DNA from: Octopus sinensis
Taxonomy: Eukaryota
Direction: 5' to 3'
DNA length: 64,000 bases
NCBI RefSeq assembly: GCF_006345805.1
Contig: NC_043000.1
Span: forward strand, 69,192,001-69,256,000
In this document: piece after piece, positions 12,451 through 25,037 of the stretch
Layout: every line of letters starts with the position of its first letter
Numbering within the stretch: the first letter of the stretch is position 1
Notes under the pieces: generated by a model
The model's input: only the letters and a program-made list of their open reading frames with translations
Told to the model about the DNA's origin: nothing
The model's database searches: none
Made by a program: the position numbers and the translations under genes

Positions 12451-13190
12451 GTACAGGGTGTGCAGGCTACATTTGACGAATTTTTATGTTTCTTTTATTT
12501 TTTCAGGGACAGCTTGATGTATTGATGAATAGTCAACAGTGTTGGAGAGCATAAATATTAAAATCGTAGTTGAAAAATGTTAGCTGAAATGGTGGCCACC
12601 TGAATATTGGAAAAGAGTTACTTGTATTATGATGATTTGCGCTGGCTATCAAAATGATATCACGACTACTAATTAAATCCTGCATGATTGCTGTAAAGGC
12701 TGTAAGACGTGACATGGATACCTGTAATAGGGACTACAAAGGTTGGCTAGCAGGAAGGAACACAACAGGCTGCCTTTGCACACCGGGTGTTCATCCAACA
12801 ACTTTGAACAAGGCCTTAGACTCAATCCTGACGGCTATGTGAAGCGGCTGGAGACTGTGGCCAAGCCTTGGTTGGAAAGGGTTGTTGATGAAAGGCCATA
12901 TGTGTGCTTCAGCAGGATTCAGCTCCTTGTTATACTTCCGAAAAAAGTCGGAAGTGGTTGTCGGAGAATTTCTACGACTTCACCATCTTCAATTTCTGGC
13001 CTCCTAATTCCCCCGATTGTAATCTCATGGTTTACTATGTGGAGGGTATGATTGAGAAAGACACCATTGCTCTTCTTGTAAAACCAAGGCTGAAGTGGTG
13101 GTCAAGATAAAAAAAAATCTGCTGTTACTTTATAGGAAGTAAACTTTAGAGTTATACGAATAATTACTGGGCACTTGGAACAAACTTATC
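12451..13190 (+). mobile_element. Decayed Tc1/mariner (maT-like) DNA transposon
   Basis: Starts TACAGGGTG; transposase remnant LETVAKPWLERV...QQDSAPC...WPPNSPDCN. Confidence 0.8.
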
Positions 13191-13199
13191 TCATAACTA

Positions 13200-13368
13200 A
13201 TCTTGAGAATCCGAAAGAACACGACTAGTTAGGAAATTGCTACTATAAGTCAATAAAGGCATTGTGAAAATATATAAAGCATTCCAGAAGACTAGTAACT
13301 GCATATACACATGTGTAGGAATGCACTTACATATACACACATACACTTGCATAAGTAAGTATATGCAT

Positions 13369-13417
<49 letters not shown>

Positions 13418-13650
13418 CACGCATATGTACATATATATATGTATACATGCATACATTTATTGATGCATGCATAAACATATACATATCCGCTTACATACAC
13501 ACGTACATTGCTGATGTTGTTTAAATTTTAGTGAAAGAGCCATATCTCTAGGTTCGAAACTGGCTCTTTCTCCACTGGTGAAAACTTCGAAAAATAAAGC
13601 ACACATGCATACATACATACATACATACATACATACATACATACATACAT

Positions 13651-13681
<31 letters not shown>

Positions 13682-14439
13682 TACATACATACATACATAC
13701 ATACATACATACATACATACATACATACATACATACAAGCAAAATATCATCAGGGTGTTAGCTACAGATGAAACATGATGTTGTAGGTAGGCTACTGCAT
13801 AACGAGATCCGCCGAAAGGATAATACCGAGGACAAAGAAATAAGAACCCACAGTATGGTAGAAGTCATAGCCATTCATAATAGAAAGGAGTACTGGTGGA
13901 ATGTCTCAGTGAAAACCTGAGTAAAATGTAAGAACAACAGACCTGATATAATGATTTGGGATAGACAAGAGAAACTGTGCACAGTTGTGGAAATTAGCTG
14001 CCCAGCAGATGTTAACATAAAGTTGAAGATCAGTGAAAAAGAGATTATCTATGCCGAACTTTTGAGAAATCTGCAGTTACTCTATCCAGATTACAAGTTC
14101 AGGTTTATTTATACCTGTAATTATTGGGGCCCTGGGATATGTAACACACTGTCTAAATACCAATCTTGAGAAATTAGGCTTCTCAAAGCCAGAAAGGAGA
14201 AACCTGATTTGAAGACTACTGATCCAATCCATCACTGGAACTGTAAAAATCTGTAAAACTTTCCAGAAGTTTATCATTTAAGTATATATGAACATGTCTA
14301 GATATGCAACTATATGCATGAGAATACATACATAAAGCAAAACATACAAATCTGCACATATACATACATACATACGTACGTACATACATACATAATACAT
14401 ACATACATACATACATACATACATACATACATACATTCA

Positions 14440-14473
<34 letters not shown>

Positions 14474-14800
14474 CATACATATAAAAATTTCCTGTTGTTG
14501 ATGTTGAAATTCCAATGAAGGATCCTTGAATCTAGGTTAGAAATCGGCTCTTTCTCTATTGGCAAAAATCTTGACATAAAACTGAACAATGACATACTTA
14601 CATACATACACGCATGCATACATACATACATACATACATACATACATACATACATACATGCATACATACATACATGCATACATACACACATACTTACATA
14701 CATACTTGTGGGCATGCATACACGCATATATGTATATAATTAACTGTCTCAGTACCAATCTTGAAAGCTGGGTTTCAAAAACCAGAAAGGAGGAGCCTAA
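13200..14800 (+). mobile_element. Tandem cluster of 3' fragments of an RLE-type LINE embedded in (CATA)n
   Basis: 13740-14281 encodes HDVVGRLLH...NNRPDIMIWD...VVEISCP...PVIIGALG...KTFQKFII*. The 3' UTR occurs twice (13505-13600, 14490-14590); a further fragment lies at 14750-14800. Confidence 0.85.
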
Positions 14801-15329
14801 ATAGGCGATTAAGGCGATAAACTATGTAAGACAGAGTCAAAATACGCACAAATAAACATGGATCAATATATTTAAACTAATGTTCACACAAATAAACACA
14901 TACAGATTGATACACGCGATGGTGTCGATGCTTACTCTGGTGTTTGCACATAAAAATATATGTCTGCATGTATATATGCATACAAACTCACATTGAAGCA
15001 TACATGTTTAAAAATACAATACTAACCCATTGATGTATAAATTCTAATGAAAATGCTTTATTTCTAGGCAACAAACCTGCTCTTTAATGATGGAAAATTC
15101 GAATACCAAGATCAGGTCTACATACATACATGGTGGCTGCCCCCTCGTTATCGAGTATGACCATTGCACGAAGCTTAATCAATGTTGTTATCGTGCAATG
15201 CCTGTGCAAGAAGATTTTTTTAAAATTGAGGAAAGGCTGTGCACTGAGTCAATCCCACTCACTAAGCAACAGCAGCCATAATCCGAAAAGAAGAACAAGT
15301 CAACATCATCGGTAACCACATAGCCGCAG

Positions 15330-15675
15330 GTTTTATATCTGAGTTATCCCAGTTACCTGAGTTACCTTCTAGAAGGATGCCCTAACAAAGGCTAGGAGTC
15401 CTTCACTCCCAATGGTTTAACCGCGCGATCGGGTATTCAGTCCGATTATTTCTATGTCCCCGCGCATGATACAGCCTTAAGACATTTATTGGATGGTCAT
15501 TGACTCTCAAAAGTTCCTCCGCCCTTTGACGGGTTTTGTTTTTCATCCCGCAGGGTGTCCAATAAACACCCTCCTCACCAAGCAAGCTTGGTGGGGTTGC
15601 CGGTTTAGTCGCCGACGACCCGACCATGCAACAGGTTGTACTGGGTTACCAGTAGCACTCGAAAGTGACCTGATA
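15330..15675 (-). mobile_element. 5' UTR fragment of an RTE-like LINE
   Basis: GC-rich non-coding leader (...CTAAACCGGCAACCCCACC...). Shares AAACCAYTGGGAGTGAAGG with 61965-61985. The RTE assignment is from recalled similarity. Confidence 0.55.
15600..15670 (-). ncRNA. Decayed HDV-like ribozyme candidate
   Basis: Parse: P1 GGTCAC, J1/2, P2 CCAGT, P3 ACA, L3 ACCTGT, P3' TGC, P1' ATGGTC, P1.1 GG, P4 TCG-TCGG-CGA, J4/2 CTAA, P2' ACCGG. One mismatch in each of P1, P2 and P3. Confidence 0.4.
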
Positions 15676-16299
15676 TAACATACATACATACATACATACA
15701 TACATACATACATACATACATACATACATAACGCAGTAGCACATCTGGTTATATAGCGTCTAAAATTGCGTGTAAATTTGTCAGCGGGTAGTTTAGCTTA
15801 ATAGTAAAGCGCTCTGTCGGAGTTTGTTGACAAATTTTTCCGCTTTGTAAGGGTAATTTACCCAATTTTTCTGCTGTTCTAACGGCGTTTCGAAAATAAA
15901 TTATCATCTTATTTGTATCTTACAATATATATTTCAACGCATATGAAAAACAAATGTTAGTTTGTTTATATCTATATACACATAGTTATACATACATATA
16001 CACGCTCATACACACATATGTATGTATACACACACACATACACACACACACATTTATATATATGTGAATGTGTATGTATTACAGAGAGGCACTTGCATAG
16101 CAAGTGACCTGATCTGAGAACGTGAGCTGAAACGAGCACACAAAAACTGTTAGATTCACTTGAACATCGAGACCACGACTTGTTCACTGGTAAAATGTTG
16201 TCAGTGAAGGGTTTTAGTCAGTCATATTGTAGTGATGCCTCAGTAAGACTACAGCCAGTGACTGAAGACAGAATGTATCCACAGCTTTATCTACTGCTC

Positions 16300-16606
16300 T
16301 TTCGGTTATGACGGTTACTGTGACAGTTGATCTGATCAATGGAACAGCCTGCTCGTGAAATTAGCGTCCAAGTGGCTGAGCATTCCACAGACACGCGTAC
16401 CTTAATCTAGTCCTCAGGGAGATTCAGCGATATACAGAATGTGGCTACGCTAGCCCTTAGAAATACAAGTACTACTCGTTTTTGTTAGCTGAGTAAACTG
16501 GAGCAACGTGAAATAAAGTGTCTTGCTCAAGAACACAACACGCCGTCTAGAATCGAAATTATGAACTTACGATCGTGAGCCGAAACCCTAACCACTAAGC
16601 CATGAG
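16300..16606 (-). mobile_element. SINE family C, older copy
   Basis: Aligns by eye with 7214-7539. Confidence 0.85.
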
Positions 16607-16803
16607 ATTCCATCTCCACAACTTTAAAAATAAGATATAGTGGTGAAACTTTTCAATAAAAACAGCAATCTAGTTCAAACGCAACATCCCTGATATTGTT
16701 ACATGGAGTAATGAACAAAGGTCGTGTATTATTGCACTGATCAGCTGCCCAGCTAAAATTGTGGCAAAAGAGAACATTAAAACTGCAACCATCAAAAAAG
16801 AAG

Positions 16804-16845
<42 letters not shown>

Positions 16846-16889
16846 TGATATAACGACCGAATGAGACACTGGTCAAATTAAATTAGTGG

Positions 16890-17290
16890 CACCTACTTCC
16901 TCTCTTCACTCTTACCCACCTTCTCCTTTCCACCCTCTCCCTTCATCGTTAGTCCTCTCTCGTTACCCCACCCATACGCATTTCAACCACACCATCCCTA
17001 TACATCCCATCTCACTCCACCCCCTCCCTTAGACCCCACCCTTGCTTCTCCCTCTCTCATCTTCCCCACACCCCAACACCATCACACCACACACCACCAC
17101 ACCACACACCACCATGCCACACCACACCAAGTCACACCAACCTGCACACACTAGCACTGACCACTTCCCAGCACCCATACCAGCGCACATACTAGCACTG
17201 ACCACTTCCCAGCACCTACACCATCATCCACACACCTACACATGCACACGTCAAGGTCACCAGCCCCCTTCCAAACGCACATACACGCTC
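16890..17290. repeat. C/A-rich low-complexity tract with short CACCA/CACTAGCAC repeats
   Basis: Direct reading. Confidence 0.7.
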
Positions 17291-17344
17291 TCATATAGAC
17301 ACGTACGCGCACCTTCGTTTTGGGATCTTCACTATTTTATTATC

Positions 17345-17574
17345 TCCCCTTCTTCCTAGTTCTCCTGTTTGATCCCCATGTCCAGCATTCGCCATGATAG
17401 ATCGCTAGCCACTAAACCCTTTTCTGTTTTCTCTCCCTGTTTATTTCTGTGTTCCTTTCTGTCGAAGAGCGTAGACTCGAAACGTAAAAGACTTTCTCAC
17501 TTCCCGACCGTTAAACTAATACATCTGTTTGTTGTTTACACTCCCGTTTTCGTCTTTTGTTTTTTTGTAAATTC

Positions 17575-17580
<6 letters not shown>
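17345..17580 (+). mobile_element. Penelope-like terminal-repeat fragment
   Basis: Contains a minimal hammerhead-like motif; ends at a (TA)n tract. Confidence 0.55.
17455..17490 (+). ncRNA. Minimal type I hammerhead-like motif (A6U core variant)
   Basis: CTTT-CTGTCGA-A-GAG-cgtaga-CTC-GAAAC-GTA-AAAG. Stem I is CTTT/AAAG, stem II is GAG/CTC, with a palindromic ACGT and a GUA triplet. Confidence 0.55.
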
Positions 17581-17654
<74 letters not shown>

Positions 17655-17884
17655 GTATGCATATATATATGTATGCATATATTATTATATATGTATATAT
17701 ATATAATATATAGACACACGTATTACACACACACGCACACACCACACATGTATATATAGGCGCAGGCGTGGCTATGTGGTAAGAAATTTGCTTCCCAACC
17801 ACATGGTCCGGGTTCAGTCCTATTGCGTTGCACTTTGTGCAAGTGTCTTCTACTATTGACTCGGACCGACCAAAGCCCGTCGTA

Positions 17885-17928
<44 letters not shown>

Positions 17929-18459
17929 TATGAATAAAAATGGAGTTAACGCAGGTTTAAACAAGTATTTTTACTTTCTACACATGTTTCGAAATTTCCA
18001 CTGATACTATTCAAAAGAATAAGGAGTTACAACATCTTTACTTGTGAGATTTTTGCTGCCCTGGTAACTATTTAGTTATTTTTCCGTGTTAATTGTTAAC
18101 AAGGTAAAAATACACTCATATATATATATATTATATATGTTTGACATCCGCTTAACACCAGTGTTGGTGTACTTAGGTCTCTGTACTTGGCGGTTCGGCA
18201 AAAGAGACCGATAGAATAAGTACTAGGCTTACAAAGAATATAAGCCAGGGGGTCATTCGTTCGACTAAAAGTGGTGCTCTAGCACGATCGCAGTCAAATA
18301 ACTGAAACCAGTAAAAAAAAAAGAAAAGAAAAACATAGATACACACACGCGCACATTATTGACTACACACATATTGTACATATATTATGTACCGTTAAAC
18401 TAATACATCTGTTTGTTGTTTACACTCCCGTTTTCGTCTTTTTGTTTTTTTGTAAATTC

Positions 18460-18531
<72 letters not shown>

Positions 18532-18759
18532 GTTGCATATATATATGTATGCATATATATATTATATATGTAATATTATATATATATATAGACACACGTA
18601 TTACACCACAACGCACACACCACATGTATATATAGGCGCAGGCGTGGCTATGTGGTAAGAAATTTGCTTCCCAACCACATGGTTCCGGGTTCAGTCCTAT
18701 TGCGTTGCACTTTGTGCAAGTGTCTTCTACTATTGACTCGGACCGACCAAAGCCCGTCG

Positions 18760-18820
<61 letters not shown>

Positions 18821-19287
18821 AAAAATGGAGTTAACGCAGGTTTAACAAGTATTTTTACTTTCTACACATGTTTCGAAAATTCCACTGATACTATTCAAAA
18901 GAATAAGGAGTTACACATCTTTACTTGTGAGATTTTTGCTGCCCTGGTAACTATTTAGTTATTTTTCCGTGTTAATTGTTAACAAGGTAAAAATACACTC
19001 ATCTATATATATATAGATATATATATATATATATATATGTTTGACATCCGCTTAACAACCAGTGTTGGTGTACTTAGGTCTCTGTAACTTGGCGGTTCGG
19101 CAAAAGAGACCGATAGAATAAGTACTAGGCTTACAAAGAATATAAGCCCAGGGGGTCGATTCGTTCGACTAAAAGTGGTGCTCTAGCACGATCGCAGTCA
19201 AATAACTGAAACCAGTAAAAGAAAAAAAGAAAAGAAAAACATAGATACACACACGCGCACATATATTGACATACACACATATTGTAC

Positions 19288-19295
<8 letters not shown>
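17507..19295. repeat. ~885-bp tandem duplication (17507-18390, 18391-~19295), each unit holding an interrupted family-A SINE
   Basis: Both units start ACCGTTAAACTAATAC; they differ almost only by 1-bp indels and microsatellite length. Confidence 0.9.
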
Positions 19296-19320
<25 letters not shown>

Positions 19321-19351
19321 TACATACTTATACATATATAGGCACACAAAT

Positions 19352-19385
<34 letters not shown>

Positions 19386-20149
19386 TAATATAATATATAT
19401 ATATATATATATATAGGCATACACACATATCGAGAAAAGGTATATGTTGAACTTCATACACTAACATTCTATGCAATGTGGAATTGTATTAACTTATTAA
19501 CATAGCACAAAGTTTTATGTGTATAATATTCGACCTTGTCAATATAATCACTTCACAAGTTTTTTTCCCTTGATGCAATGTATTACGTCTGGGTGTATGT
19601 GAATATGTATAGAAGTAAATTGTTTAGGAGAAAATCGAACAAAAATTAATTATATTGTTTTTATATCATTTTCCCATTCTAGATTTAATTTCTTGTGGCT
19701 TTTTATCTCGTAATTTGGTCTTTTATTACTGCTTTTATTGGTTGACTATGTCACTGAGAACCTCATTTATTCTTCAATCACTACTTATTTCAAACAGACG
19801 TTTGTGTTTTTTTTCATCTCTTTTGTAGGTAATTTGACCAGGCTGGTGTATTGACAAGAACCATAACAGCGTCGGAAAGAATGTCTTTCATTCATTGATT
19901 TGGCTCTCTACTCTTCGAGTTCATATCCCATCAAGGTGAACATCACATTTCTCCCTTCTATACATGTACTGGAGTTGATACTTTCTTCTTTCTTTCTTCT
20001 TTCTTAAAATGCTAACTAGATATAAATATGCAGTGAAGCAAAAAAAAAAAAAAAAGCGAGAACAAAATGCCGCTAAGCATTTTGCCTGGTGTACTAACGA
20101 TTCTGCCAGCTCGCTGCCTCAGCGGGTTGAATAATGTTGTTTGTTTCTG

Positions 20150-20800
20150 GTTTACTTTTCGCATTACACTCAGTTCTAAGGACATCATTTAATTTGGTAG
20201 AGTAACTCTTTAAAGGAGATAATTTCATTTTTGGTGGACATTTTAATTTTGCCAGATGTTTAGGTATTTAGAACATTCAGTTCACCTTGACAATTTTCAT
20301 GTCTTTTAGCGTATTCATAACTGGAAGGTATTTCCTATATGCATAATTGGCTTCAACTATAATTAACTAAGTATTTAAAGTTCATGGTCATTCCCATTAT
20401 GATGTTAATTATCCAGCAGAAACAAGAATTGATATTTTCTGCTTATGCAGTACTTTTTCAGTATCTCCTGTAGGTAAGGTTTTTGTATCCACCTCCTTCT
20501 TTCCCTGAAAATAGATATTTGATGAAATATGTTTAAAAAATTAAGAAAATCTGAAAACTGGCCTTTGTGAAAAGTTTCACTGGGTGGATTTCCGCTTCTT
20601 GCAGCTGTATTTTCAAAGCCCTAGGAGTAAAAACTTCTTTCAGGATTTCACGTTAATAAAATTTTGAGTGGATACATCCACTTTTCACATTCAAAGAGTT
20701 AAGTATGGAAATCTGAGTGGTTTCATGTTTTAGTTAAACATTTAAGGCAAAGACTGGTATTTTCTGAAGAAGAAAATGTTAAGATTTTTTGTTGAAATTT
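20150..20800 (-). mobile_element. pogo/Tigger-like DDE transposase remnant
   Basis: Fragments PRALK...KLFTKAS and WIQKPYLQEILKKYC...FLLDN, with stops. Confidence 0.5.
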
Positions 20801-21270
20801 TTTCGATATTTCAAGTATTTTGTTCTTTGATATTACTGTTTTCTAGTGTAGCAATCGGAAATGTACTTCTTGTGCTTCAAAACATCCTCGGCTAGCTCCA
20901 AACATCCAAGACAATACTAACATATTTAATTCATGGTTTCTTAAAAAGCTAACTAGAGATAAATATGCAGTGAAGCAAATAAATAAATAAATAAATAAAA
21001 ACGAGAACAAAAATGTTTCTAATACAAGCATAAATCCAGTTATATTTTTCTTTTGGAGAAGAGAAACATTGTTGAGTACGATGAAATGCAAAGTTGGTCA
21101 CAGTGATATTTAAAACCAGTATGTAAAGAGTCGAAAGAAATATATCAGGTTATTTATTTCTGCTACTAGTTAATGAGTAAGGAAGATTTGTTAGAGCGTC
21201 AGCGGATGCTTGCAACCTGAGTTCAAATTCAGCCGAAGTCATCTCTGACTTTCACCCTGGAATTAGATAT

Positions 21271-21352
21271 TCTTCTTCTTCTTCTTCTTCTTCTTCTTCT
21301 TCTTCTTCTTCTTCTTCTTCTTCTTCTTCTTCTTCTTCTTCTTCTTCTTCTT
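21271..21352. repeat. (TTC)n microsatellite
   Basis: Direct reading. Confidence 0.95.
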
Positions 21353-22942
21353 CGCCCCCTCTCTTTCTGGAAGAAATCGGCTGGATTTAGCTTGGAGCGG
21401 GATGGGCTACACGAAGTTTGGACGCTCACGGTGATCTTACCATTCGATTGATCTTTGAACATGTTTTAGTTTTATTCTGATTTCACCATACCTACCGAAG
21501 TAGAGACCATGTACGCTTGCTGCAAAACAGAATTGGTTAGAAATTAAATTCACAGATACTATTTGCACGAAGAAAGCAATAGTTATATTATTGCAAACAT
21601 ATTTAATACATACAATATTTTGAAACATATCGTAAATGGTAACATTATGATGGAACAATCTACCACCTTATTGTAGCTAGTCTCATATGAATTTTGATCG
21701 CTATCGTATTAAAAAAAATTCTTTCATTTTGTACGTTAGTGAGTATTTTTCGTTAATGTCAGCTTTACTTCCTCTCGAAACCTGACCTATTTACAGTTCT
21801 AGAAACAGTATCCATTGTGAATGCAATCATTATTTAGCGTTGCGTCATTTCGCCCACCTTCTAGGAATATTGCTTTCATCATCCTTAAAATGTACAGTGA
21901 TAATCTGAGCACCAGTTACGATTGAACAATCTATGGTATATATAGTCGTATGTTTTATGCAGTCAGTCGGGTATATTAGGACTAAGAATATTTTACGTAG
22001 TCTACTAAAGTTGTTCCATGATGGATACAGGCATAGCTATGTGGTTAATATGCATGTTTCGAGGTTCGAATGTACTGTGTGGAACCTTGGACAAACGTCT
22101 TCTACCATTCCTTGAGATCGACCAAGGCATTTTAAAGTGGAATTAGGTAGGTGGAAGTTGTGTGGAATCCGACTGAAAGCACAGTTTCCATTCTTGTGCA
22201 GCAAACTTAATGCATGATCTGACTGAACATTACCTTATAACATTTGAGTACCTTTAGCCGAATCCACTCTGTTATAAGCATTTGGACAGGTCATTGGTCT
22301 GAAAATAATTCCTTCCCTTTTCCTCACTTGTCTTAGAAACTCTGTAAAAATAATGGCTCATGTCTTCTCTTGGCTAAATTATAAAAAAATATGCATAAAT
22401 GACGTTAGAGAATTACGTAAGTTGTCTTTAATACGGACTTGCGAGTTTTACATATCTTTTTCTTCTATTTGTAGTATTTTCTTGTTTACTATTGAGAAAT
22501 AAGAGGAGGTTAATGATGTTTTACTGAGATTTATAATGAACTGCGACATTTTATCTTAGGCTTAAGTACGTGTCTTTTTCATTTTCATTCCAGATTCTCC
22601 GATTAATTACAATTAATAGGAGAATTTCGAGGTTTATATTGATTTGCATTCAACTTTAATTCTACATTGCTGTGTGGATAATGTGTCTTCAGCAGTGATA
22701 TTGAAATCGTTTCATCAAGATGCTATTAATTTAGTTGTACCATTTAGTTTGACCCAGTACAGTTAAATACATACACACACACACATGCATACATATATCG
22801 AACACAATGCATGTGTTTTGCCAGTTCGCAGGTTGGCTGCGTAGCAAAGCACATACACCACATAATAATGTATGTGTGTTCGATGTTCTTTACAACACGA
22901 GGTGCTTTTAATTCACACACACACACACATATATATTATGTA

Positions 22943-22992
<50 letters not shown>

Positions 22993-23259
22993 ATATACAC
23001 GTTGAATGATGTGGTCTTCGACGTGGCGTAAACCTTACTTAAATATTTCCACAAGTAGAGTTAGATTAATTTAATTCTCACAATAACTTTATTTACAAAA
23101 TAAAAGTATTCAGTGTCATGAAAATAATCGTTGCCCTCGCGAGTACTTATTTAACTTTAGATTCTGAGTTAAAATCCCGCGAAGGTCAGCTTTTCTTTTC
23201 ATTCTTCCGGAGCTGATAAGTACTAGCCAAGTACTGAGGCAGGTGGCATCGGCTAATCT

Positions 23260-24040
23260 CTCCTCCTCCTCCCTTTATCCCTCCTCCTCCTCCCCTCCTC
23301 CTCCCCTCCTCCTCCTGCTCCTGCTCCTCTTCTTCCTCCTCTTCTTTTTTCTTCCTCCTCCTCCTCTTCCCCCTTTTCTTCTTCTTCCTCCTCCTCCTCT
23401 TCCCCCTTTTCTTCTTCTTCCTCCTCCTCCTCTTCCCCCTTTTCTTCTTCTTCCTCCTCCTCCTCTTCCCCCTTTTCTTCTTCTTCCTCCTCCTCCTCTT
23501 CCCCCTTTTCTTCTTCTTCCTCCTCCTCCTCTTCCCCCTTTTCTTCTTCTTCTCCTCCTCCTCCTCTTCCCCCTTTTCTTCCTCCTCATACTCTTCTTCC
23601 TCCTCTTCCTCCTCTTCCTCCTCTCTTCCTCTTCTTCCCCCTCTATTCCTCCTCATACTCTTCTTCCTCCCCCTCTTCTTCCTCATCCTCTTCTTCCCCC
23701 TCTCTTCCTCCTCATACTCTTCTTCCTCCCCCTCTTCTTCCTCATCCCCCTCTTCCCCCTCCCTTCCTCCTCATACTATTCTTCCTCATACTCTTCTTCC
23801 TCCTCTTCCCCCTCTTCCTCCACATCTTCCTCTTCCCCCTCTTCTTCCTCATCATCCTCCTCCTCCTCCCCTCCTCCCCTTCCTCCTACTCCTACTCCTC
23901 CTCCTCTTCCACTTCCACTTCCTCCTCCACTTCCACTTCCTCCTCCTCCTCCTCTCCTCTCCTCCTCCTCCTCCTCTTCTTCTTCTTCTTCTTCTTCTTC
24001 TTCTTCTTCTTCTTCTTCTTTTCTTCTTCTTCTTCTTCTG
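23260..24040. repeat. ~780-bp polypyrimidine tract containing a 33-bp minisatellite (~7 copies, ~23345-23575)
   Basis: Nearly pure C/T strand; the 11-residue period in the translations (KKKKRGKRRRR) reflects a 33-bp unit. Confidence 0.95.
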
Positions 24041-24060
24041 AATGGTGGTGGTTATAATTA

Positions 24061-24258
24061 GGTAGTGAGCTGGCAGGATTGGGAAAAATGCGTAGTGGCA
24101 TCTCGCCCGTCTCTATATTCTGAGTTCAAATTCTGCTGAGATTGACTCAGCCTTTCATCTTTTCGGGTAATTAAGATAAGTACAAGTTGAATGCTGGAGT
24201 CAATGTAATCAACTTATCCCTTCCCCGAAATTGCTGGCCTTGTGCTAAATTTTGATAT
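24061..24258 (+). mobile_element. tRNA-derived SINE (family B)
   Basis: GAGCTGGCAG head, TGAGTTCAAATTC B box, CCTTTCATC core and AT-rich tail. Confidence 0.85.
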
Positions 24259-24274
24259 CATTACTATTATTGTT

Positions 24275-24478
24275 ATTCTGGTAAAACATTGTTGTTCTCC
24301 AGGTGTATTATAAGCCGGTTATAGATGACTGATATCAGGGTTTTGTAGGTTGTTGAGAGGTATGTTATTTGCTGATAACTTTTGTGAGTGCATGGTGTCT
24401 TTCTTTTTTGTGGGGGAATTAGGATGGTTTGTCCGTCCAGCATCCAGTTTGGAGTTATCCTGGCTAGCTTATTAATAA
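24275..24478 (-). mobile_element. R4-type RT fragment
   Basis: TPNWMLDGQTILIP...ITYLSTTYK...HLENNNVLPE. Confidence 0.7.
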
Positions 24479-24503
24479 ACTAAATGTTGCCGCTATATAT
24501 GTT

Positions 24504-24556
<53 letters not shown>

Positions 24557-24562
24557 TATCAC

Positions 24563-24606
<44 letters not shown>

Positions 24607-24639
24607 TATTATTATTATTATCATTATTATTATTATTTT

Positions 24640-24908
24640 CTCTTGTTAGAGTCTTGTATGCGTAACGGGCTTACTGCCTGCAGCCTACATGCTATTTGTT
24701 CTTTTCAGCTATTTAATACTTACCTGATTATTCTTGCTGTACCAAGGAGGTAAACCTTTTGTAACAGTTCTACTGGGCATTTTATACCAATTTCCTTTAT
24801 ATTCCTCTTGATGCCTTCTGATACTGTTCCCAAGGACCCAACAATAATTGGCACTATCTTCACCAATCTTCATTTTCCGTAGCCGGGCTATTTCGTACTT
24901 AAAAGGGT

Positions 24909-24987
<79 letters not shown>

Positions 24988-24996
24988 GTCTATCTG

Positions 24997-25037
<41 letters not shown>

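Noticed and set aside
23186-24101. 272-aa Pro/Leu-rich and 166-aa Lys/Arg/Glu-rich ORFs
   Set aside because: Read-through of a C/T-only tract, open in several frames on both strands.
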